A stretch of 64,000 nt of DNA from Patescibacteria group bacterium (GCA_028710985.1 JAQTTB010000001.1:19280-83279), one strand, 5' to 3'. Shown: positions 36,338 through 45,660, numbered from the stretch's first letter. Numbers and translations are program-made. The notes: generated by a model from the sequence alone, not told the origin.

Positions 36338-37338
36338 TTCAGCTTCAAATTAATTGCTTTAATTATCGGCTTATTGGCAATGCTGCAGTTTTTGCATACC
36401 GGCAATTCCTGCTCAATGACTGCTCTTCTGATTTTTGCGTATTTATCGCTCTGCCAAATTTTATTAAAACTTCTTTCTTCAAAAACATTACCAACCACGA
36501 TGCTCCCCTCAAGATCGGTGCAGCATACACCCACATCACCGTTCCAAAGTATCACACTGCGCCAAATCCAGGGGCATGTCTTTGGCTTATCTATATTCAC
36601 GAGTCTACCCTCCTTCAGGCGATAGCGACTATTTTTTAAATCCGTTGGCAGAAACTCCAAGGCATTTGCTAGAAGCTTTTCCTGAAGTTCGGCCGTTGAC
36701 CCGATATTGAAAGAAGCGCTTTTAAACCACAGGGCGTCAACTCCGAGCTTGCGGCCCAAATCCTCAATCGCTCCCATCTCACGCTCATTGAACTTCATTA
36801 CCAAGAATTGAATAATAATCCTTGTCTTGCGGTTTTTGATGCCCGCTATCTGCCGCAGGGTTCCAACTATTTTATTAAAATCGCTATTGACACGATATTT
36901 CTGCTGCGTCTCGGCCGATGCTCCGTCCATGGCAAAAATCAAATTATCAATTCCATAGCCGACCGCCTCGCGATACCTTTCAACCGGCATGGTCCCATTA
37001 GTACTAACTGTCAATATATAACCGTGGTCTTTGAGATACTTCACCATCGCCGGAAACTCAGGATTGGCGAATGATTCGCCGGAAAAGTGCAAAGTAATTT
37101 TTTTGATGCTCCTGGGCAAATAACTTTCTATTTCCTCGAGCTGTTTCAAGGTTAAAAATCCTCTCGGCTTGGTTGACGTTCTCTGAATGCAAAACGGACA
37201 ACGCAAATTACAAAAACTCGAGGCCTCAATAATTATTTCTTTAAGCGGCCTAACCCTCCGAATCCAGGCATCTGGAAGCAATAACAGCGCTCTGTTGAAC
37301 AGAGTCGATTTACTTATTTTATCTTTCAGCCAATACAT
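36334..37338 (-). CDS. radical SAM protein with C-terminal SPASM/twitch Cys cluster
   Basis: CNLRCPFC (CxxxCxxC) near the N-terminus. C-terminal CPWIW...CCTDLEG...CKNC cysteine cluster. Confidence 0.75.
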   Translation of the reverse strand: MYWLKDKISKSTLFNRALLLLPDAWIRRVRPLKEIIIEASSFCNLRCPFCIQRTSTKPRGFLTLKQLEEIESYLPRSIKKITLHFSGESFANPEFPAMVKYLKDHGYILTVSTNGTMPVERYREAVGYGIDNLIFAMDGASAETQQKYRVNSDFNKIVGTLRQIAGIKNRKTRIIIQFLVMKFNEREMGAIEDLGRKLGVDALWFKSASFNIGSTAELQEKLLANALEFLPTDLKNSRYRLKEGRLVNIDKPKTCPWIWRSVILWNGDVGVCCTDLEGSIVVGNVFEERSFNKIWQSDKYAKIRRAVIEQELPVCKNCSIANKPIIKAINLKLK

Positions 37339-38449
37339 ATCGTTTTATTATATTCAGGGTATCGGTCGCCGTATCTTTCCACGTGCGGTTTAATTCACCT
37401 TCTTTTATATCTGGACAAATTCTTTCATAATCAGATTCCTCGGCCAAACGAGCAATGTCTTTTTTTATTTCTTCGCGATCCATTGGATTAGTCAAAGTGG
37501 ATCTACCTTCAAAAATTTCTTCCATACCATTATCCCTGGTAATAATCAGGGGTTTCCCGAGTTTCATGCATTCCATGCCAAAATTCGGGCTGATTTCCGA
37601 AAACGAAGGCAGGATGCAGGCATAGGCCAATTTTATCCTTTCAATAACCCCTTGATGCGGAATGCCGTCAAATATTTTTATATATTCATCTGACCGGCTC
37701 TCTCGAACAATTCGTTTTAAATTATCTTTTTCGGGACCATCGCCATAAACACTCAAAAAAATCTTTTTTCCCTCGGTACGAAGCTCGACAAAAATTTTAA
37801 TTAAATCAGCCAGATTTTTTAATTTTATCAATCTGCCAGCAAATAAAAATATTTTATCCGGTTCAGCGTAACTCAATGACTGCCCTTTTAAAATCTGAGG
37901 GAATGGATTTAAAATAACGCTGCTCTTGGCCTCAATGAAAGGAAATACTTTCAAATAAATATTTCTCTGAAAATCGGTAGAAAAAATAATATGGGAACTG
38001 CGTGTTAAAACCAATTTAATAAGACGAAAGGCCATGCCACGCGTATATAAGTTTCTGCCGTAATATTCCGATAGCGTAACCCTTTGGCCGGATTCAGCCG
38101 CTTTCTCCCAAAGATAATCTCCACCGAGACGCAAAAATATTTTTTTTCTTAAATATACATTGGCAATTGCGGTTGGCAAACCAGCGCTCAATATATCAAA
38201 TGTATAAATGAGATCCGCCTTTCGTCCGTGTCGCAAGACATTAATAAAAAAGGTGAAATATCTAATATAAACACACGGCTTTCTTGAAACACCGTGGATT
38301 CTCATCCCCTCCACCGCATTTGGCTGGCCATATGTAATTATTTCGATCTCATGGCCTAATTTTTTTAGCTCCGCAGATAAATTTTCTACATACGTTGCTG
38401 GCCCGCCAATATCCGGTGGAAATATGCCCGTTGTGATCAATATCTTCAT
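37319..38449 (-). CDS. glycosyltransferase family 4
   Basis: N-terminal MKILITTGIFPPDIGGPATYVENL. C-terminal ISPNFGMECMKLGKPLI. Confidence 0.75.
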   Translation of the reverse strand: MKILITTGIFPPDIGGPATYVENLSAELKKLGHEIEIITYGQPNAVEGMRIHGVSRKPCVYIRYFTFFINVLRHGRKADLIYTFDILSAGLPTAIANVYLRKKIFLRLGGDYLWEKAAESGQRVTLSEYYGRNLYTRGMAFRLIKLVLTRSSHIIFSTDFQRNIYLKVFPFIEAKSSVILNPFPQILKGQSLSYAEPDKIFLFAGRLIKLKNLADLIKIFVELRTEGKKIFLSVYGDGPEKDNLKRIVRESRSDEYIKIFDGIPHQGVIERIKLAYACILPSFSEISPNFGMECMKLGKPLIITRDNGMEEIFEGRSTLTNPMDREEIKKDIARLAEESDYERICPDIKEGELNRTWKDTATDTLNIIKRYVLAER

Positions 38450-39558
38450 TTTAAATATTTATCATATTCCCCGCTCACTTGCCGAACAACCTTATCCCAG
38501 TTGAATCTTCCCAACCCCTGAAAAGCATTATTTCTTAATCGTTCGCGCAGTTCCTGGTCGCTAAGAAGACGCTTTATGGCCGCAGCGATGGCTTCCGAAT
38601 CTCGCGGCGCAATTAAAAGCCCGGTTTGATTATCGGAAATAACATCCGGAATTCCGCCGACTCGCGTTCCTATAACTGGCGCCCCGCACGCCTGGGCTTC
38701 AATAAAGACAATACCTAAACCCTCAGCGAGCGATGGACAAATAAATATTTGAGCCTTGCCCATCTCCCTAAGTGTCTCTTCGTGCGGCAGTTTACCCAAG
38801 AGCGTAACCCTGCTCCCCAAATTCAATTCCTTTATCATCCGCTCAATTTCCTGTCTTTTATTTCCCTCCCCAACCATAACCAAATGAGCATTGGGAAATT
38901 CTTGAAAAACCGAGGGCAACGATTTTATTAAATAATCCAATCCTTTTTCCCAGGAGAGTCGCGCCACGCAGACGATTCTTCCCGGGATCGGTTCGGCCTG
39001 ACTTTGTTTTGCCAGCTCAAGGTCAACCCCATTCGGAATAATTACAACCTTGCCCTGATCGGTCCTCAATTTCTTCGCGCGTTCAGCAAGCGACGAGCTA
39101 ATCGCAGTTACAAGATCGGGCGTAGAGTGAATTCTTTTCCAAAGAAATGCGGGAATTTTCTTGCTCGGATCGTCCAGATCGCCGCTTTGTAAAGTCAGGA
39201 TTGTTGTAATTTTTTTATTAAAAATTGAAAAAAGCCACAACGCGATGCCGGCATAGCTCTCCATAACTGCATGAACCAAGTCCGGCTTTAATTTTTTGGC
39301 TAAAATTACAGCAAAAATCGGATACAGCCATTTATCAAAAGAACTGCCGATTCCAACGCGGTAGTACTTAAACTTGTCCCGCTGTTCAAATTTTGGCAGT
39401 TTCTTATCTAATCGAGCGCTGATGATTGTAAAATCATATTCTCCAGCCAGCCGTTCAACCACTTCTTTCACAAACATCTCCGCACCGCTGATAAATGGGT
39501 CGTAAAAGCAAGAAAAAATTACAATTTTTTTTTGTCCATTCATTCTATAAAAAATCAC
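38446..39558 (-). CDS. glycosyltransferase family 4
   Basis: C-terminal LAEGLGIVFIEAQACGAPVIGTRVGGIPDVI GT4 motif. Confidence 0.75.
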   Translation of the reverse strand: MIFYRMNGQKKIVIFSCFYDPFISGAEMFVKEVVERLAGEYDFTIISARLDKKLPKFEQRDKFKYYRVGIGSSFDKWLYPIFAVILAKKLKPDLVHAVMESYAGIALWLFSIFNKKITTILTLQSGDLDDPSKKIPAFLWKRIHSTPDLVTAISSSLAERAKKLRTDQGKVVIIPNGVDLELAKQSQAEPIPGRIVCVARLSWEKGLDYLIKSLPSVFQEFPNAHLVMVGEGNKRQEIERMIKELNLGSRVTLLGKLPHEETLREMGKAQIFICPSLAEGLGIVFIEAQACGAPVIGTRVGGIPDVISDNQTGLLIAPRDSEAIAAAIKRLLSDQELRERLRNNAFQGLGRFNWDKVVRQVSGEYDKYLK

Positions 39559-40265
39559 TTAATTACTTTTTCCTGAATTGAACTATATTGACTACTCTTC
39601 AAAGCCTCCAGCCCCTTCATTTCGTTCTCCAGTCTTTTTATCATTTCCGGATGGGCATAGGCCTTATCAATTAACTCTTTCCATCGAGGCTCCTGCTCGA
39701 TTAATACATCTTCCGCGGAAATGAAATCCACGTCGACATCGCTATATATTGGATTGTCTTTCTGAAACTTTTTACAAAAAGCTTCCGATCTCGGAACATG
39801 ATAAGCATTCGTAACGATTAAAATATGGTTCCAAAAATTTTCCTTTGCTATCCTGAATAGTTCTTCAAAATTCTGCTTGGTATTTTTGGAAACTTTTTCA
39901 ACAAAAATCGATTCTTCCGGTATTCCTCTTCCCACTAACTCTTTTTTCATCAACTCACTTTCCTCCGGCGTCTCCGGTGGCTCGCTTTCAAGATAGTTAG
40001 GCTTTCCAGTGACAGTCAAAACGTTCTTTGCCGTGTCGCCCTTTTTAAAGAGATACTCCGTGGCAATAACTCTAATCCGGCCACCTAAGGCGCCGAATGC
40101 ATCGCCTTCGGAATAGGCCGTCGTGCGCCATCCGAATTTTTCATGCTTTCTCATTGCGCCACTCAACGTGATAATGGCGTCATAGCGATATTTATTTTCC
40201 TTTTCAACGTTAGTCTCATCAAATATTTCGCCGGTCACCGATGAGACTCCTTCGGATAATGGCAT
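39555..40265 (-). CDS. hypothetical protein, possibly DUF218/YdcF-like
   Basis: IITLSGAM...GRIRV pattern. Weak call. First gene after the epimerase in the long minus-strand operon. Confidence 0.4.
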   Translation of the reverse strand: MPLSEGVSSVTGEIFDETNVEKENKYRYDAIITLSGAMRKHEKFGWRTTAYSEGDAFGALGGRIRVIATEYLFKKGDTAKNVLTVTGKPNYLESEPPETPEESELMKKELVGRGIPEESIFVEKVSKNTKQNFEELFRIAKENFWNHILIVTNAYHVPRSEAFCKKFQKDNPIYSDVDVDFISAEDVLIEQEPRWKELIDKAYAHPEMIKRLENEMKGLEALKSSQYSSIQEKVIK

Positions 40266-40267
40266 AT

Positions 40268-41254
40268 CTATGTTGCCGAATTATTATAGATACTTTTATA
40301 CCACTCATAAGTACGCCGCAATCCTTCGTCCAGTCCGACTTGCGGCAAGAAATCCAAAAGTTCCTTCATGCGCGTTACATCCGGACAGCGATAACGGATA
40401 TCAGCCCTTTTTCCTTCAACGAACACGGGTTGAAGATCTTCACGGCCCGAAATTTTGATAATCTTTTCCGCCAAATCCAATATCGTGGTCTGCCGACCCA
40501 TTCCAATATTTATAACCTGACCATTTGTCTTTTCCGTAAGAAGCGCCCGAACTTGTGATTCAATATTATCATCAATATAAATAAAATCACGCGTCATCAT
40601 ACCATCACCATAAACTGTGGGCGATTTACCATCCAAAACCTGACGGATAAACACTCCGGTTACAAATCCATAGGCCGAGGACTCTTGGCGCGGTCCGTAA
40701 ACATTAAAGAAGCGCAGGGCTGTGGCCGGCAGATTAAACTTATCGTTATATCCTAAAAACATATTCTCACCAATTAGCTTGGTCAATGCGTAAGTATCGC
40801 GCGAACGCGGATTATGCACTCCGTCCTCTTTCTCCGGCAAAGTCACCGGCTCACCATAAGCTTCGGATGACGATGAAAAAACAATCTTCTTAACACCCTT
40901 AATGAGCGACAACTCCAAAATATTTTTATATCCATCGATATCACGAAGCGGCAAAAGCGGATTTTCTTGAACTCGCTTCACTCCGACCACGGCTGCTAAA
41001 TGAAAAACATAATCAATCGGATTCATCAAAAAAACATCCCTGAGTTCTTCGTAGACGCAAACATCGCCTTCAATGAATTTAAAATTCGGATTTTCGCGAA
41101 AACTAGAAAAATTTTCCAGTTTGCCCGTGCTCAAATCGTCAATAACTATTACCTTAGCTCCTTCACGGAGCAAGCGATCCGTCAAGTGTGAACCCACGAA
41201 CCCGGCCCCGCCGGTCACAAGAACACTCTTGTCTTTTAGTTGAGAATAGTCCAT
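40268..41254 (-). CDS. NAD-dependent epimerase/dehydratase, UDP-glucuronate decarboxylase (UXS)-like
   Basis: SVLVTGGAGFVGSHLTDRLL Rossmann motif. 328 aa. Confidence 0.8.
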   Translation of the reverse strand: MDYSQLKDKSVLVTGGAGFVGSHLTDRLLREGAKVIVIDDLSTGKLENFSSFRENPNFKFIEGDVCVYEELRDVFLMNPIDYVFHLAAVVGVKRVQENPLLPLRDIDGYKNILELSLIKGVKKIVFSSSSEAYGEPVTLPEKEDGVHNPRSRDTYALTKLIGENMFLGYNDKFNLPATALRFFNVYGPRQESSAYGFVTGVFIRQVLDGKSPTVYGDGMMTRDFIYIDDNIESQVRALLTEKTNGQVINIGMGRQTTILDLAEKIIKISGREDLQPVFVEGKRADIRYRCPDVTRMKELLDFLPQVGLDEGLRRTYEWYKSIYNNSAT

Positions 41255-41308
41255 ATTTTGAGTAGAATTAGCTGTTTTATTGACTTGAAATTAATATAAC
41301 ATTAGACT

Positions 41309-41337
41309 ATTATATATATATTGAGTATAATCGTCAA
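41309..41337 (-). promoter_or_regulatory. sigma70-type promoter TTGACG-N17-TATAAT (minus strand) for the ~25-kb minus-strand glycosylation operon
   Basis: Minus strand reads TTGACG attatactcaatatata TATAAT. The -35 is at 41337..41332 and the -10 at 41314..41309. About 55 nt upstream of the epimerase ATG at 41254. Confidence 0.5.
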
Positions 41338-41396
41338 GAACGAATTTTTGGCTATATCAAGAGAAAAAACAAAAAAAAGAAATAGAGAAAAAGACT

Positions 41397-41789
41397 ATGG
41401 GCGAAACTATCAAATCATTTGAGGACTTGCTCGTTTGGCAAGAGTCGCACAAGCTCATGATTGACGCTTATGGGTTCGCGGACCGCTATTTGCCGCCGGA
41501 AGAAAAATACAATCGCATTTCTCAAATAAAACGCTGTTCAAGCTCAATCCCTGCCAATATCGCCGAAGGTTATGGTCGATTTCATTTCTTGGAAAATATC
41601 CAATATTGCCGGCAAGCCCGAGGTTCACTTGATGAACTTAAAAACCACATCATCGCCGCCCGAGACCTAAAGCAGGCTCCTCCGGAAGAATGTGCCAAAT
41701 TTATCCAAAAATGCAATTATGTACGGGCTATCCTAAATAACTACATTAACAAAACTCATGATCTCTATATTGAAAATAAGCAAAAATAG
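41397..41789 (+). CDS. four-helix-bundle protein (23S rRNA intervening-sequence protein family)
   Basis: LLVWQESHKLMIDAYGF...IPANIAEGYGRF is a conserved signature of this family. 130 aa. Confidence 0.7.
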   Translation: MGETIKSFEDLLVWQESHKLMIDAYGFADRYLPPEEKYNRISQIKRCSSSIPANIAEGYGRFHFLENIQYCRQARGSLDELKNHIIAARDLKQAPPEECAKFIQKCNYVRAILNNYINKTHDLYIENKQK

Positions 41790-41854
41790 TATATCACCCG
41801 TTTGACCACATTTTTCTTCTTTTCTCTTTTTCCTTATTTCTCAATACAACCCTC

Positions 41855-43021
41855 ATGCCACCAAATTCCCCAAAAAAGAAATTATTGCATCTCATTACTC
41901 AACCAACGTGGGGCGGCGCCCAGCGCTATATTTTTGATTTGGCCTCAAGCCTCAAGGACGAATTCGACATCACGGTCGCGTCCGGCCCGCTTCGCCAAAG
42001 CGAAAGCGAGGCGAGCGAAATTAAGGATGGCCGCGAGCTCCTTGACCGTCTTGAGGCCCAGGGCATAAAGACACGTGTTTTCCCTCACCTTATCCGTGCC
42101 ATCAATCCAATAAGAGATTTGCAGGCTTTTATACAAATCTTCGTATATCTATACGCCAATAAATTCGATACCATCCACTTAAATAGCAGCAAAGCCGGCG
42201 TCCTCGGCTCCATCGCCGCTAATATTCAGTCGGTTCCGAAAATAATTTATACCGCACATGGCTGGGTTTTTAATGAACCCATGCCAACCTGGAAAAAGAG
42301 ATTCTATAAATGGGCCGAACGCCTGAGCGCCAAACATAAAACAAAGATTGTCACCCTTTCCCGTTTAGAAACCGAGATCGGGGTACTTGAGCGCATTGCG
42401 CCGGCTGAAAAATTTGTACAAATCTATCACGGCGTAAAACCGATTGAATTTCTTTCATCCGATCAGGCCCGCGACGAACTAAAAATACCGCGCCAGATTC
42501 CGGTAATCGGTTGCATTGCCAATTTTTATGAAACCAAGGGCCTGGAATATATCGTCAAAGCCTGGCCGCAAATCATCGCCGCAATTCCTGACGCCCAGCT
42601 CGTGATTATCGGCGATGGCGCGCTTCGAAAAAAACTTGAATCGCTGATTAAAAAATTAAATCTTGATGAAAACATTGCGCTTGCCGGCTCCCGGCCCGAT
42701 GCTTCAAAATATTTAAAAGCTTTTGATGTTTTCGCGCTCCCGTCGGTTAAAGAAGGCCTTCCCTACGTGATTCTTGAGGCCATGCAAGCCGGTGTTCCGA
42801 TCGTGGCGACGCGCGTCGGCGGCATTCCAGAGATGATTGAGGACGGCGCAAGCGGCCGGCTCGTCCCGCCGGCTGATTCGGCCGCCCTTGCAACCGCGAT
42901 TATAAAAATTCTGCAAAACAAAAATCTCGGCGAGTCATACGCCGAGAACGCGCGCCAAACGCTGACGCAAAAATTCAGCTTTGAAAGAATGATCGAACAA
43001 ACCCGATCGTTATACAACTGA
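41855..43021 (+). CDS. glycosyltransferase family 4
   Basis: HLITQPTWGGAQRYIFD N-terminus. VKEGLPYVILEAMQAGVPIVATRVGGIPEMI GT4 motif. Confidence 0.8.
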   Translation: MPPNSPKKKLLHLITQPTWGGAQRYIFDLASSLKDEFDITVASGPLRQSESEASEIKDGRELLDRLEAQGIKTRVFPHLIRAINPIRDLQAFIQIFVYLYANKFDTIHLNSSKAGVLGSIAANIQSVPKIIYTAHGWVFNEPMPTWKKRFYKWAERLSAKHKTKIVTLSRLETEIGVLERIAPAEKFVQIYHGVKPIEFLSSDQARDELKIPRQIPVIGCIANFYETKGLEYIVKAWPQIIAAIPDAQLVIIGDGALRKKLESLIKKLNLDENIALAGSRPDASKYLKAFDVFALPSVKEGLPYVILEAMQAGVPIVATRVGGIPEMIEDGASGRLVPPADSAALATAIIKILQNKNLGESYAENARQTLTQKFSFERMIEQTRSLYN

Positions 43022-43023
43022 GC

Positions 43024-43265
43024 ATCAATAAAATCCCTCTCTGCCTCTCCCTTCCTGCCTGCCGGCAGGCAGGTTGCATACTTTTGGTTACAAAAGTATG
43101 TCCTGCTGAAAGCAAACAAGAGTGGTGCTAGAAAAGATAATTATTGCCCAGACAGGTGGCAGGCAAGAACTTAAAAATCCCAATATTAAAACAACTTGTA
43201 CGATAATATATAATAGGATTCCCCCGGTACATTGAACCTGGATTCCCGCCTTCGCGGGAATGACA
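43024..43265. repeat. copy A of a ~215-240-bp intergenic repeat, containing the perfect palindrome CCTGCCTGCCGGCAGGCAGG, the hairpin CATACTTTTGgttaCAAAAGTATG, and a terminal REP-like palindrome (43240..43265)
   Basis: Near-identical to 56987..57199. The palindrome is at 43054..43073 and the hairpin at 43077..43100. Confidence 0.8.
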
Positions 43266-43369
43266 AAAGTAAGGCAGGAATGACAAATGGCGCTAAGATT
43301 TTTATAGCAAGATTCCCGCCGGAGCCTGCCCTCATGCAAATGGGGGGGGTGGCTAAAAATATCGTCAAC

Positions 43370-43412
43370 CAAAAAACCACTCCGACGTTACGTCGAAGTG
43401 GTTTTGAATTTT
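43370..43412 (-). terminator. rho-independent terminator for the Wzy_C/TPR gene (minus strand)
   Basis: Minus-strand transcript reads AAACCACTTCGACGtaaCGTCGGAGTGGTTTTTTGG. Confidence 0.6.
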
Positions 43413-43416
43413 AATC

Positions 43417-45660
43417 TTATTGCCCCGCCTTCGCTTCTTTCTCGTCAATCATTTTCAGAAACTCATCCGTATCCGCGGATATTGAGGGATCCAACTGTTT
43501 GGCAATATTCGCGTACAACCGCGCGAGCTCATACTCCCCGACTTCAAAATATGCCGCCGCAATACCGGCATATAACCGCGGATCGTTTTCATCAATATTG
43601 TCAATCGCAAAATTATAAAGTTCAATCACCCTCGGCATATTGCCGGCTTTAGCATTAAGTTCAACCATCGCCGCCACTTCCGGAAGATTTACCGGATGTC
43701 CGCCGATTGATGCCGATTTTTCAAATGCCTCAAGTGCTTTATCTTCCCACTCGGCCTCATAGTATGCAATACCTAAATTCCACCATGACTCCGTGACATT
43801 GGGATCGAGGTTCACTGTCTCCAGATAATACTGGACAGCCTCATCGGTGCGGCCAAGATTCAAGAGCGCCTTACCGCGCACAAAACGCAACTGCTGACGA
43901 TCGGGAGAATACCTTAGCGCCTCATCAATGTCCGCGAGCGCCTGTTCATGGTGCGTCGGATCAATCTTACCAAGCTCGAGCTGAATCAAGCTCATGAGAT
44001 AATAATTATATATATTCATGGGATGAAGCGGCACAGTTGCCTTTAGCGCATCGTATGATCGCTCAAGATACTCAGCGAGCTCATCGCTTGGCATTTGCAT
44101 TGAGCGGCTAATTTGCGCCATCTCTCGGCTATAGTAAAGAGGAACCAAATCCGGATATTGGTTTGAGATAGCCATGCCTTTTTCAAATGCTGCGGCCGAA
44201 CCTTTATAATCCCCTGCCTGTGACGCAATCACTCCGCTCCGCACCCAGGTGGAAGCAAACGCGGTCCGAAAAGTAAATAAATACAAAACCGCAAACGAAA
44301 AAATTATCAAGACCGCGAGCCACGCTCCGGCAACGGCTGGAGTATTGATAAACAATCTTCCCTCTTTTTTCGGTTCGGTTGTCTCGCTCTGCCACCAGGC
44401 CAGGCAGAAATAAAACATAATCAATGCATTCGGCTGGTCAAAGATAAAAAGATTTTGCACGAAATATCCGATCAGAATTCCAATTGAGCCGCAATAAATA
44501 TGGGTATCGATTTTACCGCCCTTGAAGGCTTTGGTGAGCTGAATGATTATGAGAGCGAATAAGGCGAGATATGCCGCCGTACCGACCACGCCCGTATTAT
44601 TCAGCATATCCATCATCTGGTTATGCGCATGGTCAAACCATGTTTCGTAGAACGAAAACTCCAGTGACTTTGGATTGTAGTATTTATTGAAAGTATAAAA
44701 ATAATTTTCCGGACCCCAACCAAAAACCGGACGCTCCAAGAATCCCTTCCACGCGATTTCCCAAGCAATAAAGCGCGTCGCCGCCGTGCCACCGGTTAAC
44801 GAAATATCTCGGAAGCGATTGAGGCCGGGAACCTGCGCGGTCCAGGCCTGATCTTTAATCAGCCAAAATCCAGCCGACGCAAGGATTATTGCCAAAAATA
44901 TACCCGCGGAAATTATGCGGATCTTTTTATTATTTTTAAGTATTGCGTAAAGCGCGAGATACACGAGCCCGGCGAGAAAAACTCCAACCATTGCGCCGCG
45001 TGTTTCGGCGAAAAGAAAAGCCAAGAACTGTATTGCGAGCATGGCTCCCCACATTGCCTTGGTTGACCACCGCACGGCTTTTTGCAGAAGAACGAGCGTA
45101 ATGAACATAGTGAAAATCAAATACGCAGCCAAGAAAATCGGATTATTCATAAACGCGCCGGTACGAGCGCCGGTTTGCAGCACCAATTCCGGCGCCACGC
45201 GCTGGATAAAAGCGACAAACGACAGCGCCACGCTCACACCCACATTGAAAATTAAAACTTTTTTCCATTCGCGCCAGCCGCGGAAAACCGAAATTGCCAT
45301 AAAATAAAACAGGAGATAATGGAGAAGCGGCCAAAAACCGGTCATACGTTCGTGATAACTCCAGAAGCTGCGATTCGAATCAACGCCAAAAATCACGGCT
45401 AAAAAAAGTCCGATGAAATACGCCGCAAGCCCGTACATAATAAGCGACCGCCGCGGCCGGTATTCCGGCTTGCGCGCGAGAAGATATATATACCACGGCA
45501 ACGCGCTCATGAGCACGATCATAAGATAGACCGTCTTGCCAAAAATATACGGGTAAACCGTCCATGGCAAAAAAATAAACGGCATCACGAGAGCCGCATA
45601 TACGCTAATTTTTACCCACCAATATGCGATGCGGTCCATTGTTTCAAGATTGTTATTCAT
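43417..45660 (-). CDS. O-antigen ligase (Wzy_C) family membrane protein with C-terminal TPR repeats, a candidate O-oligosaccharyltransferase (PglL/WsaB-like)
   Basis: About 12 TM helices with a large extracytoplasmic loop, typical of Wzy_C. The C-terminal roughly 250 aa contain TPR-like repeats (AYYEAEWEDKALEAFEKS, GRTDEAVQYYLETVNLDP). Confidence 0.65.
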   Translation of the reverse strand: MNNNLETMDRIAYWWVKISVYAALVMPFIFLPWTVYPYIFGKTVYLMIVLMSALPWYIYLLARKPEYRPRRSLIMYGLAAYFIGLFLAVIFGVDSNRSFWSYHERMTGFWPLLHYLLFYFMAISVFRGWREWKKVLIFNVGVSVALSFVAFIQRVAPELVLQTGARTGAFMNNPIFLAAYLIFTMFITLVLLQKAVRWSTKAMWGAMLAIQFLAFLFAETRGAMVGVFLAGLVYLALYAILKNNKKIRIISAGIFLAIILASAGFWLIKDQAWTAQVPGLNRFRDISLTGGTAATRFIAWEIAWKGFLERPVFGWGPENYFYTFNKYYNPKSLEFSFYETWFDHAHNQMMDMLNNTGVVGTAAYLALFALIIIQLTKAFKGGKIDTHIYCGSIGILIGYFVQNLFIFDQPNALIMFYFCLAWWQSETTEPKKEGRLFINTPAVAGAWLAVLIIFSFAVLYLFTFRTAFASTWVRSGVIASQAGDYKGSAAAFEKGMAISNQYPDLVPLYYSREMAQISRSMQMPSDELAEYLERSYDALKATVPLHPMNIYNYYLMSLIQLELGKIDPTHHEQALADIDEALRYSPDRQQLRFVRGKALLNLGRTDEAVQYYLETVNLDPNVTESWWNLGIAYYEAEWEDKALEAFEKSASIGGHPVNLPEVAAMVELNAKAGNMPRVIELYNFAIDNIDENDPRLYAGIAAAYFEVGEYELARLYANIAKQLDPSISADTDEFLKMIDEKEAKAGQ

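Noticed and set aside
41397-41789. Four-helix-bundle gene as evidence for an rRNA intervening sequence or a diversity-generating retroelement
   Set aside because: No rRNA sequence flanks it and no reverse transcriptase or template/variable repeat pair is present anywhere in the window.
43088-43372. ORFs of 94/64 aa (VIPAKAGIQVQCTGGILL..., SFPRRRESRFNV...) and the equivalent ORFs at 57061..57345, 57194..57412 and 11702..11905 (LDSRLRGNDD)
   Set aside because: These are the well-known translation artefacts of ATTCCC-N8-GGGAAT palindromic repeats. They lie entirely inside the REP-like/215-bp repeat units, have no RBS and differ between copies by frameshifts. Treated as non-coding repeats.
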